Assembly (NCBI GenBank): GCA_951406725.2
Contig: OX597816.1
Span: 100,068,001-100,132,000 of the forward strand
Direction: 5' to 3'
DNA from: Octopus vulgaris
Lineage: Eukaryota
Length of the DNA: 64,000 nt
Made by a program: the position numbers and the translations under genes. Under the pieces are notes generated by a model that searched no databases, was not told the origin of the DNA, and worked only from the letters and a program-made list of their open reading frames with translations. This document shows positions 52,791 to 64,000 of this stretch, piece by piece. Numbering within the stretch: the first letter of the stretch is position 1; the number at the start of each line of letters is the position of its first letter.

Positions 52791-55364
52791 GCAAGACAAA
52801 AAAGAAAAGGAAAAGTTCCAACTACTAAGAGGAAGTACATGGGTGGGGAAAGTCAAGGTGGGTGGCTTTATGCTAGGTGCTGAAAATATAGTGTATGATA
52901 GAGGAACAAGAACAAGTGTCTTGTTGTAGAAGAGATATATGACTGAAGTAGATAAAATGAAAGTAGAGATGGGGTGGTAGAGAAAACTAACAAGGGACAA
53001 GGTGGGCATAAAGGAGGATAAGGTAGTGGATCATGGGTTGGGATGAGAATGGATGCTTTCATAAGATTGTGAGGGAGGAGTAAACAAGTGGAAGTGGAGG
53101 ATAATGTAGTAAGTAATGAGCAGGGTTAGAAATGCAGATACATACCAGTATGTAGAGGAGTGAGGTGGGAGATACAGGGATAGTTCAGGAAGGAGAATAG
53201 AATAGAAAGGTGTAGGAGCTGTGAAGAGGAAGATATGAGGATACTTAAAGATTTACTGGGCTACAGTGGGTGAGTTACAGTGGTACATATGAGTGGGCAT
53301 TGAGAATGATGGCAGATAAGACAGAGTGTTTAGAATGAAATATTGCTGAGGGGAGAGAGAGCAGTGGCTGAAGACACAGAAGGGAAATGATTGGTAAAAA
53401 TGGTGTGAGCAGGGATGATGAGAAATGGAAGTGGTTGTGATGGAGACCATTAGGGATGGGATGAAATATAATATATGCCAATTCTGCTCTCAGGTGAGTA
53501 CAGCAGCTGAGTAGTACCATACATTGAGATAGGATGCATCATATGTCAGAGAGAGAGAGGAGTGTGGGGAGAGGGTCTTGTATGCACAGGCATACCAAAG
53601 AGTTTTAAGATATCTTGTAGTGGATGGATCTTCTTGAACACATATCATCTTGGTCCTTTGTCATCCTCTCTGTAAGGTTCAGCTTCTTGAGATCAGCCTT
53701 AGATACTTTGTCTTATGTTTTCCTGGGTCATCTTCTTTATAAGTTCAATTCACTTTGATCAGCACATTTTTGTGAAACTATCCTCATTCATATGCCTTAC
53801 ATGGCCAAACCAAACTCTTGGATGCTACATCTGGTTCTTTTTATGCCTAACTTTTCTCTCAGCAAATTTGCTCTTTGTCATACTTGCAAACTATTTTTGC
53901 ATATTTAATGGAGCACACCAGCTTCATTCCTGCCTGCAGTTCAAAGCCCATATCTCACTAATACAGGGTCATAGTCAGGCAGAGGAGGCAGTTGCCTCCC
54001 TGATTTTCCTTAACTGATAATAAAAGTGAGCCTAATTTTGAAAACCATGGGATGTTAAAATATTTGTTTTTGTGTTATTTTGATTTTATCAAGGAGATTA
54101 CAATAAATAATAATGACTTTAGATAGTAATTTTAGTTTTAGGCTAATATAATGAATGATCTTTCACAGTGGTAGTTAAAGCATGTAAAGTGACTACTTAT
54201 TGAATGTTCTCTTACACTCTCCAACCCCAAGTATTTTGACCATCTGGCTGTGGGCTATTTTTAGACATGACTGTCTGCCTGCCTAGGAATTCCTGCCATT
54301 GCTTGGTGGAGCTATTTTTGAATGCTTGTAAGATCACACTCCTCATAGTAGGGTGAGGAAGAGAGGTTTTGGATTGGTAACTGGTGTATTTATTGCAACC
54401 ATTTGCTCAACATCACACTTAAGAGAATGTATACATGGAAGGATCTTCTTTGTAAATGTGCAAAAATAAGCGATTATTTCAAATGAGTACCATCAAACAT
54501 GTAAGTATCCTTAATATACTGAAAAAGGGTAAAACAAATTGTTTCCTGTAAAATCTGAAATGTTCCTCCTCTGTGGCCTTCTGTCAGCAGAGCTTATGGA
54601 TTACTAACCCATCCATCATCTGTTTGTTCATCAACCTTTTCTATAAATGACTTCTATCAAACTGTTAGCCCAAATGGGACCAGATTTTTATGATAGTACC
54701 TGGCATGGTCCTCTATCAAGTTTGTTTAACTTGCACTGATTCAGCAATTGTTTACCATTCTTTGAACAAATTACTTAACAATCTTCTGAAACTATTGGAC
54801 CTAATGTCAGAAAAATTTACTGGGATATTCCTTGGGTAGTCCCCTACAGAGTTAATTGATATTTGATTAACTGGATGATTTTTTATTTAATAGAAAATCT
54901 ATTTAATAGAAAACACATAAGGACTTTTCATTTTCTATATATTTTCCAATGTATTTCCCAGTCAGAATCATCAAGACAAATGCCAAATGACAGTGAGAGG
55001 TTTACTGTATTGGGCAAATTACAAAAATGGGATCTCTTCAGTTTCACTCACAGATGTTTTATTTATTTATTTTTTTAACTAAACAGTTTGGGATTTCGTA
55101 TACTGGTTTAATTTCTTATGCTGAACGTGGTTTACTTTCAACATTTTTGACAAAATTTCGTATTTTAGAAGTTATTTCATGTTAAAGTTGTCATATTTGG
55201 GTAATTTTAATCAATCAATGACATGTATTCAGCTGAAGATAGCTACTGCTGTTTTGTGAGAGTAATCAAAGAGCAACGACTTCTGGGTCATCTCTACTAA
55301 ATGTCACCAGTCTGTTCTATTTCATTTTTGTTTACTGCCTGTGTTGCATGTTACAGGCTTTTTT

Positions 55365-55970
55365 TTTTTTTGGTTTTTGGTTCTTACATTGGAGCAACCA
55401 GTAAACATTGAAGAATCAACACCAAGAAGGAAGAAATATTTACATATATTTAGTCATTTGCCCAACATATAGTCAGAGATACAGCAGTAACTGTAGTGGC
55501 AGTGACAACAAGTTCACTCGCTGGTTGGTAGTTGATAGTGTAGAAGTGACTGTCCGTCAGAAGAGAGGGAAAGAGTAAGGAATGCAAGAAGCTATCTAGA
55601 AAGAATGCAAGGATTAAGGTGGCATCGTCTTCTCAAGCGAAGGGCCAAGGGAATGTGTTGCTCCTTGGTCATAGCTGACATAAAAGAGAAGCTTTTGGCC
55701 ACAAGAAAGACGATGTCACCTTTATCCTCTCTTCCTTTCTAGTCAGCACTGTGCATTCCTTACTCTTGCTACTGGCAGATAGTAACTTCTACACTATCAA
55801 CTACCAGCCAGCAAGTGAATTTTTTGTCACTGCCACTACAATTTTTGCTGTATCTCTAACTATATGTCGGGCAAATGAATAAATATATGTACATAGTATT
55901 TCTTCCTTCTTGGTGTTGATTCTTCGATGTTTACTTGTTACTCTGACACAAGAACCAAAAAAAGAAAATA
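55365..55970. repeat. Diverged inverted repeat with arms of about 270 bp
   Basis: GAAGAATCAACACCAAGAAGGAAGAAATA / TATTTCTTCCTTCTTGGTGTTGATTCTTC and GGTAGTTGATAGTGTAGAAG / CTTCTACACTATCAACTACC. Confidence 0.9.
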
Positions 55971-56559
55971 GTGCCAAAAATCTTCTTCGTAGGTGATAAT
56001 AGTTTATATGTCTGATTGTTGCACAAGTTCTGGCCATTTTGATAAGGGAAATCAGAAAAGTTTGAAATGATTTCATCGGCATTTACTTGTACCAAAGAGC
56101 ACTCTTTTGATAAACAACACGTTGATCTCATAAGTTTCACATGGTAGAAATAAATGCAGTTACCAAACTTTCATTCCTAAGACCATTATATTTCATTTCT
56201 TTGCATTTCAGTTTATACATTTCTGCTACCAATTGCATACAAGCACATATGTAAAACTACATCCTTTATTAAAATCATCATCTGCTGATATCAAAATAAA
56301 AATATTTTGTAGCGGGGGCCATTTTGTGACTCCAAGGGTCAAAAGGGGGCGTTTGGCCAAAATGGGTTGAGAACCTTTGCTGTATAATATACTAAATCAG
56401 ATCTGCAAGTATAGATATATTCCTTTCTGACATACCATTCCTTTCCCCTTCTCATCATTGGGACAATGTATAGAACTATTTGTAATTGCTAACTTTGGTT
56501 TTTGTTGGTCTTTGCCTCTTCTAATATTTTATTCTGGTTATGGCCCTGCTAATGTGTAG

Positions 56560-56755
56560 CTTTGCTGTACATACACAAGCATTATACAATGTTTTTCACT
56601 TGAAGAGGAACATCTTTTGTTGCCAACAACAGTAACAGCTCTTTGAATTTTCTCCTTCCTATTATCATTCTAATGAATATGCTTTCAGAACACCCTCCTC
56701 CACATTTAATTAGGTCATCCAGGTAGCAGAAACTATTTACTACCTCTATGGAACC
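56560..56755 (-). mobile_element. Decayed RTE fragment
   Basis: IEVVNSFCYLDD...GGGCSES...KFKELL. Confidence 0.75.
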
Positions 56756-56823
56756 TTCAACATTGTGGCATATTGTGACCTTCAACATTGTGGCATATTG
56801 TGACCTTCAACATTGTGGCATAT
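56753..56823. repeat. 25-bp tandem repeat, about 2.8 copies
   Basis: Unit ACCTTCAACATTGTGGCATATTGTG. Confidence 0.95.
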
Positions 56824-59202
56824 ATAGAGTTCCCAAATTTGATTATTATATTTTATTTTTTGCTTAAGAAGCTTACAATTATAGAAATCATTATTAATGG
56901 CAACTTTTTGTATACCTTTAGTAGAGATGTAACTAGAATCTTTAGAAGTTTTAAATCAATTCTTCTTTAAAAGACCTGTTAAACACACATCTTCACACTA
57001 GGGTAGGAGGGGGTCTCCTACTTGTAAGATCTTACACTCAGTGCAGTCGCAAGACATTCTCACTTGCATAGATCTGTGCATTCAAGCACTGGCACAGGAT
57101 CAGATTATACTGCTGGGTTCCAGTTGTGTAGGAAATATGTTTCTTGTGTATTTTTACATGTTCAACCCAGTGTTTTCTGAATTTCAGTGTCACTCATGCA
57201 TTTCTTATACCAGCCATAGGTGGCTTTCAATAATAATAAAAAAGAAAAGAATAGCCATTTATGAAAACCAATTAATCACTCAAAAAGCCAATACCATTTA
57301 ATTGGGAAAATGGCTGATATGGCAGATTATTGATTACCTGTTGGTTAATTGGTGCAACTATTGAAAGGTTTTCACCCTAATAATATCTATTGTAGACTCT
57401 CTAGTTTTTAGACATAGAATTCCTCAAAATCTTTATGTCTAACATTCAAAATACAGCACATACACTAAGAGTCTTTTTAGAACAATAGAAAGAATCTTTT
57501 GGTAAAGGCTTGTTCACAGATAGATGAATTAGAATTTGGAAAACTGTATTCTCTCTGAAACAATTCTATATTTACTTCACTTCAGATCCTCTTTACTGAT
57601 AAGCATAGAGCCACAAGAGGCATTTTCATATTGATTTAGCCAATGAGGTATTTGATCACTTGTGTAGGATCAAACTGTGACAGCTCTAATTTTTTACCAT
57701 TAATATTTCACAAGACAAATTTATGAAAATATATATGAATTGAACAACATCTTAATACTCCTTTCCTAACATAGCATCTTCTTTCCCAACATTTTAGTGG
57801 ATCACTAAAATTCCTCTTCATAAAATAACTCAATTATTAAAATGCCTGACATATGGAAAACTCAGATTCCAGCACCTCTCCCTACATTTTGCATCATTTA
57901 TACTGTCCATGCTTAATTCTTTTGCATTATTTATATTGTTCATGCCAGATTTTGGATTTTGTTGAAACCTTCATCAGCAGCTTTTAGATCATGTTATTAT
58001 GTATGAATCATTTGCAGCTAAATGCTATTAGGTACAGTCTGCTTTACTTTTGATTTCATTTATTTTGAATTCTGTAAATGATTTCCATAATTAAAATTGC
58101 ACATTTACAGTTATTTCACACATATCATTCTTGTGTCTTTGCTATCATCTTCATAGTAATGGTGAGAATGTTAAATTAACATAGACCTCATTTTGAGTAA
58201 TTGACTACTTACTGCTTAAAGTATAAGCTTGTCATTATGTTACTCTATCTATGAAAATAGTTTTCAATCCTTTTCTCTATACGATGCTTTCACCTGTTCT
58301 TAAATTTACTTTTTGACTATTGTGAATATCTCTATCCCAACTTTAGGCATATCAAACATATTACCCATTAATGTTCCAAAAGCAGAGAGCTCAAAGACAT
58401 TGCTGAAGGACAAAGATAACAAAAATTTATTACATATATGTTATATGTTAGTGAATATTTCTTCTGCTATTAAGGTACTTATTTAGTGGAGATCTGCAAT
58501 AAGATTTAAAGCTATCACTATGGATAGTGTAGAATAGGTTCTAAAATACACACACATATAGCTGTATATGTTTCTCTGTACATATGAGTATATAAATTGT
58601 GTGTGTGTACATATATATATATATATATGTATTTATGTATGTCATTATTCTGTTTCATTTCAAGATTTCTTGTTAATGGAGAAAGAACTGGTTTCTAACC
58701 TAGACCCAAGGCTCCTTCATTGGAATTTCAACAATATCAACAGGATATTTTTGTTATACGTATGTATGTATGTATGTATGTGTGTGTGTGTGTGTGTTTG
58801 TATGCATATTTGTATGTTTTGTTTTATGTATATATTTTCATGCATATAGTTGCATGTCTAGAAATGCTCCTATATACTTAAATGATAAAACTTATGCAAA
58901 GTTTTACAAATTTTTACAGTTCCAGTGATGGATTGGATCTGTAGTCTTCAATTCAGCTTTCTCCTTTTTGGTTTTGAGAAGCCTCATTTCTCACGATTGG
59001 TATTTAGGCAGTGTGTTACATATCCCGATGCCGCAATAACTACAGGTATAAACTTAAACTTGTAATCTGGTTTGAGTAGCTGTAGATACCTCAATTGTTC
59101 AGCGTAGGTATTTTTTTTTTTGCTGATCTATGTGTGTGTGTACGTAAACATTTATATAAGTATGTATGTATATACATTTATATATGTATGTATATGTACA
59201 TT

Positions 59203-59236
<34 letters not shown>

Positions 59237-59461
59237 AACATACATAGATCAGAAAAAAACCTACGCTGAACTATTATATACTTACTGTGTATACATATAT
59301 CCTCTTTTTAGTCATTTGACTGTAGCCTTGCTGGAGCACCACCTTTAGTTGAGCAAATCAACCCCAGGACTTATTCTTTGTAAGCCTAGGACTTATTCTA
59401 TCACTCTCTTTTGCCGAACCACTAAGTTACAGGGATGTAAATACACCAGCATCGGTCGTCA

Positions 59462-59997
59462 ATGGTAAGATAACAAAAGAAAGAAAACGACCTCGATATG
59501 TAAAATAGAGGAATTTATCTGTAAATGTAACATGAGGCAATTATTTGGTAGCCATGATAAAACTCTGAGTTCCAGATGCCGTGGTGGAAATCCACACTGC
59601 TATCTCTTCAGTTATCTGGCCATCGGAAAAATGCTATGAAAAATGACCATTATACAAAGGGAAATTACTGTGTGATTGACCGTTATTAAGACAAAAGAGC
59701 TATTTGAATGACTGCACATAGGTGTGCGGGCGCACATGTATAGGTATGAACAGGCGCGCTTACATGAATACTATGAACTTTTTTATCCCCTTACTTAGCG
59801 GTCATTTGAATAGCTCTTTTGTCTTAATAACGGTCAATCACACAGTAATTTCCCTTTGTATAACAGTCATTTTTCATAGCATTTTTCCGATGGCCGGATA
59901 ACTGAAGAGATAGTGGCATGGATTTCCACTTTGGCATCCGAAACTCAAAGTTTTTTCATGGCTACCAAATAATTGTTTCATATTACATTTACAGATA
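59462..59997. mobile_element. PLE-type insert with 200-bp inverted arms, each carrying a hammerhead motif
   Basis: Arms 59516-59715 / 59798-59997. Confidence 0.85.
59893..59962 (+). ncRNA. Type-I hammerhead motif (mirror copy 59551-59620 on minus)
   Basis: GATAA-CTGAAGA-GAT..(31-nt domain)..ATCC-GAAA-CTCAAA-GTT-TTTTC; mirror copy ends GGAA-CTCAGA-GTT-TTATC. Confidence 0.75.
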
Positions 59998-60000
59998 CAT

Positions 60001-60038
<38 letters not shown>

Positions 60039-60207
60039 TATATACGATGGGCTTCTTTCAGCTTCCATCTACCAAATCCACTCACAAGGCTTTGGTCGGC
60101 CCAAGGCTATAGTAGAAGACACTTGCCCAAATTGTCATGCAGTGGGACTGAACCTGGAATCATGTGGTTCATAAGCAAGCTACTTACCACACAGCCACTC
60201 CTACACC

Positions 60208-60275
<68 letters not shown>

Positions 60276-60420
60276 TAAGAGGGTAACCACTATGTGCTCG
60301 ACTCTAGCATTAAAAATAGATCCGCTAGGTTTCAGCCACAAAGAATTGTTTCTGATGAAAGTTAGCACGACTACTAGCGCAAACGAACAGGGCAAATAAA
60401 AATAACAAAAATGCAGATTA

Positions 60421-60497
60421 GTTCAGGACAATTGTTTCGCTATTAATAAATTATGTAATTTTACTCACATAACATATCTGTAGCTCTTCAGCCGAAC
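60421..60497 (-). ncRNA. Type-I hammerhead ribozyme motif, intact
   Basis: GTTCGG-CTGAAGA-GCTA..(46-nt domain)..TAGC-GAAA-CAATT-GTC-CTGAAC; stem III palindrome ACAATTGT; GUC site. Confidence 0.9.
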
Positions 60498-61324
60498 CCG
60501 TCCAGAATAAAATTTACTCAACTTCACGTTAGATTTTACCATAACGATAAACACACATGCAGTTCAGTTGATTGCATTCGCTGTTATAATTCAACAGCCC
60601 ACCAAAATTCACGGAAACCGATACTACATCCAAAATTAAATGTAGTATAATTACAATCAACTAATAAGGATGAGAAAATTGGATACTAATTTAATAGTAC
60701 ATCCACTTGGTGTTAAATGTTTTAGGGGCAGGTGTTGCCATAGATATGTGAAGGCAATGATGGTGATAGCAGGTAAGTGAGGAGTTGATGATTAGGAGTA
60801 GCACAATCTGTCATTTTCCTTTCACACTCTCACAAACCTACTTACCTACCCATCTAGCCTTTCTCAATTCTATACCCCAAGTTCACTCTCTGTTCACCTT
60901 TTTATATCTTAAGGATAAGCTCTGATACTTCATTTTCACTAACCTTTCTCCCTTTCCTGCTTGGGTAGCCATCTATCTCCTCTATTGCAAGACACATGCC
61001 TCTGTCCAGCTTTCATACTTTATCCTCTCAATACCGAGCACAAAACCTCCTCCCTCAGTAATGCACCCCTACTCTATAATGGGTTCTTGTCTTTTGAATT
61101 ATTTGGTAGCCTCACTAGTGCTAGTGCCTGGTAAAAAACACCTAGTACCCCTATGGAAAGTGGCTGGCATTAGGAAAGCTTCCAGCCATAGAGACCTTGC
61201 CAAAAGAGACATTGGAAACCAATGCAATCCCCAGGTTTGTTGGTTCCTATCAAACCAATCAGCCCATGCCAGCATGGGATATGAATGTTAAATAATGATA
61301 TATTTTACTGATTTCTTCTTTGAT

Positions 61325-62675
61325 CATCATCATACATCTGTTTTCTGTGCTGGTATAGGTTCGATGGGTTAACTGAAAACTGGCAAGCTTGGGAGCTGCA
61401 CCAGTTTCCTACCTGAATTGGCATGGTTTCCACAGCTGGATGCCCTTCCTAATGCCAACCAGTATGAGAGTGTAATGGGTAATTTGTATGTGCCACCAGC
61501 ACGGGTGCCAGTTATGAAACACCAGCATCAGCCATGACTATAATCTCATTTGGCTTCACTATTTTTCTCAAGCATGGTATATTGCCAAAGATCTCAGTCA
61601 CTTGTCACTGCAAAGCCAAAAGTTTGAAGGGTGCTTTTTATATGCTACCAGCACAGGAGCCAGTTATGTGACAATGGCATTGGTAATGACTGTGATTTCA
61701 CTTGGTTTGATGGGTCTTCTCAAGCACTGCATATCACCCAACATTCGATTAGTGCTTCTTACACACCACCAGCATGAGTGCCAGTTATGCAACACTAGCA
61801 TCGGCCATGACTGCAATTTCTCTTGGCTTGACAGGTTTTCTCAAGCAAAGCATATTGCCAAAGGTCTTGGTCACTTATTGCCTCTGTGAGACCCAACGTT
61901 CAAAGATCATGCTTCACCACTTTATGCCATATCTTCCTGGGTCTACCTCTTCCTCAGGTTCCCTTCACTGTCAGAGATTGACACTTCTTTACATAGCTGT
62001 CCTCATCCATATGCATCACATGACCATACCAGCGCAGTTGTCTCTCTTGCACACCACATCTTATGCCTTTTATGCTTAACTTTTGTCTCAACTTTGTCAT
62101 GCATGCTCACTGACATTTCACATCCAGCAAAGCATACTAGCTTCATTTCTTTCTTTTGCATGTCCTTGGTGGTCACAGCCCATGTTTCATGTAGCATGGC
62201 TGTTCGCACACAACATCACCCAATCTACCTTTCACTCTGAGGGAGAGTCTCTTTGTTACCAACAGAGGTAGTAGCTCTCTGAACTTTGCCCAGCCTATTC
62301 TTATTCTAGCAGCTATGCTCTTGAAGCATATATCATGCTATTGATTTGGTCATCTAGGTAACAGAAGCTATCAACTACTTTGAATTTTACCCCCTGGCAT
62401 TTGATGGAGTCTATTTTCTGTACATTTTTGGGGTTAATTATATCTGTGCACCTTCCACACACAAAAACTATTTTCCCCGTTAACCTTCGTCTGATATTGC
62501 TGCATCTCTTAGGTGTCTATAGCTTACACTAGGTACATCTTATGGAATTGTTACCTACACCTTTTCTACAGATCGAGTAGGGCAATCTATCTGAAGAGGT
62601 TTGTGATTTGTCTGCTCTCCTACTTACTAAGAATTTGGTTTTTGCTAGATTAACTCTTCTTTCCACACCTTTATT
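61325..62675 (-). mobile_element. RTE LINE 3' half with tandemly repeated 3' UTR
   Basis: VVDSFCYLDDQ, RIRIGWAKFRELL, RTAMLHETWAV, GRPRK; three units of about 130-150 bp at 61490-61870. Confidence 0.88.
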
Positions 62676-62784
62676 TTGGGGGTAACTTCTGATTCAAAAC
62701 AATTTAAATTTAGTATTAATTTCTTTATCTATTTTTATTTACCAGTCTAGAAATGGCTGATATAAGAAGAACAGTGCTTCTTCT

Positions 62785-63867
62785 TTAACCCTTTCATTAC
62801 TATATTTCTGACCAAAATACACCCCTTATGTGTTTCAATTAATTTCTAACATAATCATAAATTTAGTCTGGTTTCATTAAACAATTATAACTTTTTTATT
62901 TATCAATATATTAATGTGATTTTTGGAAGATAATTTAATGAAATGTTCTCAACCAATTCTATACTATAATTTTTGTCACAAAGTGACTCTAATTGAGGTA
63001 GATACAGGTAAATTCAACAAAATATGAAATTATTAAAATTTTGTTCAAACATCGCTATAGAAAATGGGTTATTAGCTAATATTCAATTGAGTATACAACA
63101 AACTTTTACGATAGAATTTGTTATTCTGGGTAACTTTCTGATACCCATAATAATATTTATGGCAAAATAGTCTTAATTTCATTTAAGGTTGTGGAAAACC
63201 ACTAACTATCCTTTCTTTCGCTTTGTTTACATTTAGCGTAACGGTTCGTTTCCGCCGTAATGATTTCAAATAGGCTCATTCGAAAAAGTAAAAAGAAATA
63301 GTCTAAGGCTTTACTCTCCTGGGAAAGTCTGTGGCTTCGTCCAGTTTTTTCAGAAAAATCACCGAAAGAAACAGTTTTTAAATTTTCAGTCCATCCAGGT
63401 GCCAATTCATTTTCTTTATCGCTGTCGGAGCTCTCGGATTCACTGTTTTCACTTTTGGAAAATGAAACATCAGATTCATTATCAAATACCACGTGCTTTT
63501 TTTTTCAGTCATAGAGTTAGATTTATGAAGGTCGTCAGTTGAAAATCCTTCAAATTCTGACTCGCTGCTTGATATAATGAAATTCATATCCATTTTTTGT
63601 CAGAATTACAAATTTTGAAAACACAATAGGAACAAATTTCGGAAAAAAATCTCCCAAAATTCACGGAATTAAAATTACACTTCGATTTTTGTACAAAACT
63701 GTAGATGAACTGTTTACGAAGTATAATACGTGTTTTCACGAATGTACTAAAGAGATTTGCTCTGATATTCTCATTTAAATATGAATAGGTAAATACGGGC
63801 GGGTTTGGTCACATTAACCAAAATTTTTTTAGGGCGGCTTTGGGCGGTTTGGTAACAAAAGGGTTAA
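62785..63867 (-). mobile_element. Non-autonomous piggyBac with 5' transposase fragment
   Basis: TTAA-CCCTTTCATTAC / GTAACAAAAGGG-TTAA; MDMNFIISSSESEFEGFSTDDL and ALDYFFLLF...IITAETNRYA. Confidence 0.9.
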
Positions 63868-64000
63868 GTTAACTAGTGAAAAGTAAAGTCTTAATTTTTA
63901 GAGTCCATTGTATGTTATCTTTAATTACTGTTAGAATAATTTTGGTTCTTTGTGTACTTAATGTCAAGTTATTTTTAAGCTTTGCGATGGAAGTAATATT

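Larger units (their letters stand above)
59304..60207 (-). mobile_element. tRNA-derived SINE split by a palindromic insert
   Basis: 3' part 59304-59461, 5' part about 60040-60207. Confidence 0.88.

Noticed and set aside
52830-53580. Purine-rich tract (and the pyrimidine-rich tract at 18180-18800)
   Set aside because: Compositional bias without recognisable motifs; probably decayed repeats
56753-56823. CRISPR-like repeats
   Set aside because: Head-to-tail tandem with no spacers and no cas genes; eukaryotic context
60352-60385. Plus-strand CTGATGA as a second hammerhead
   Set aside because: Followed by GCAAAC rather than GAAA, with no NUH or stem I partner

Overview
AT-rich, repeat-saturated metazoan DNA with long (TA)n arrays. 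The SINE, RTE and microsatellite make-up suggests a coleoid cephalopod such as Octopus (inference). I recognise no host protein-coding gene. Most listed ORFs are microsatellite artefacts or decayed transposon fragments: RTE, R4/Dong and L1/Tx1-like LINEs, Penelope-like elements (PLE), tRNA-derived SINEs, piggyBac, Tc1/mariner, Tigger/pogo and Helitrons, plus one tRNA-Phe copy. The main signal is absent from the ORF track. About a dozen short non-coding elements, mostly inside or beside (TA)n arrays, each carry a minimal type-I hammerhead ribozyme motif: stem I, CUGANGA, stem II, GAAA, a palindromic mini-stem III, NUH, stem I'. Several show monomer-plus-repeat and inverted-arm architectures and unusually large stem II inserts, and a GIY-YIG PLE remnant lies nearby. 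This resembles a diverse family of PLE-mobilised, retrozyme-like RNAs. All alignments and folds were done by eye, and coordinates of decayed elements are approximate.
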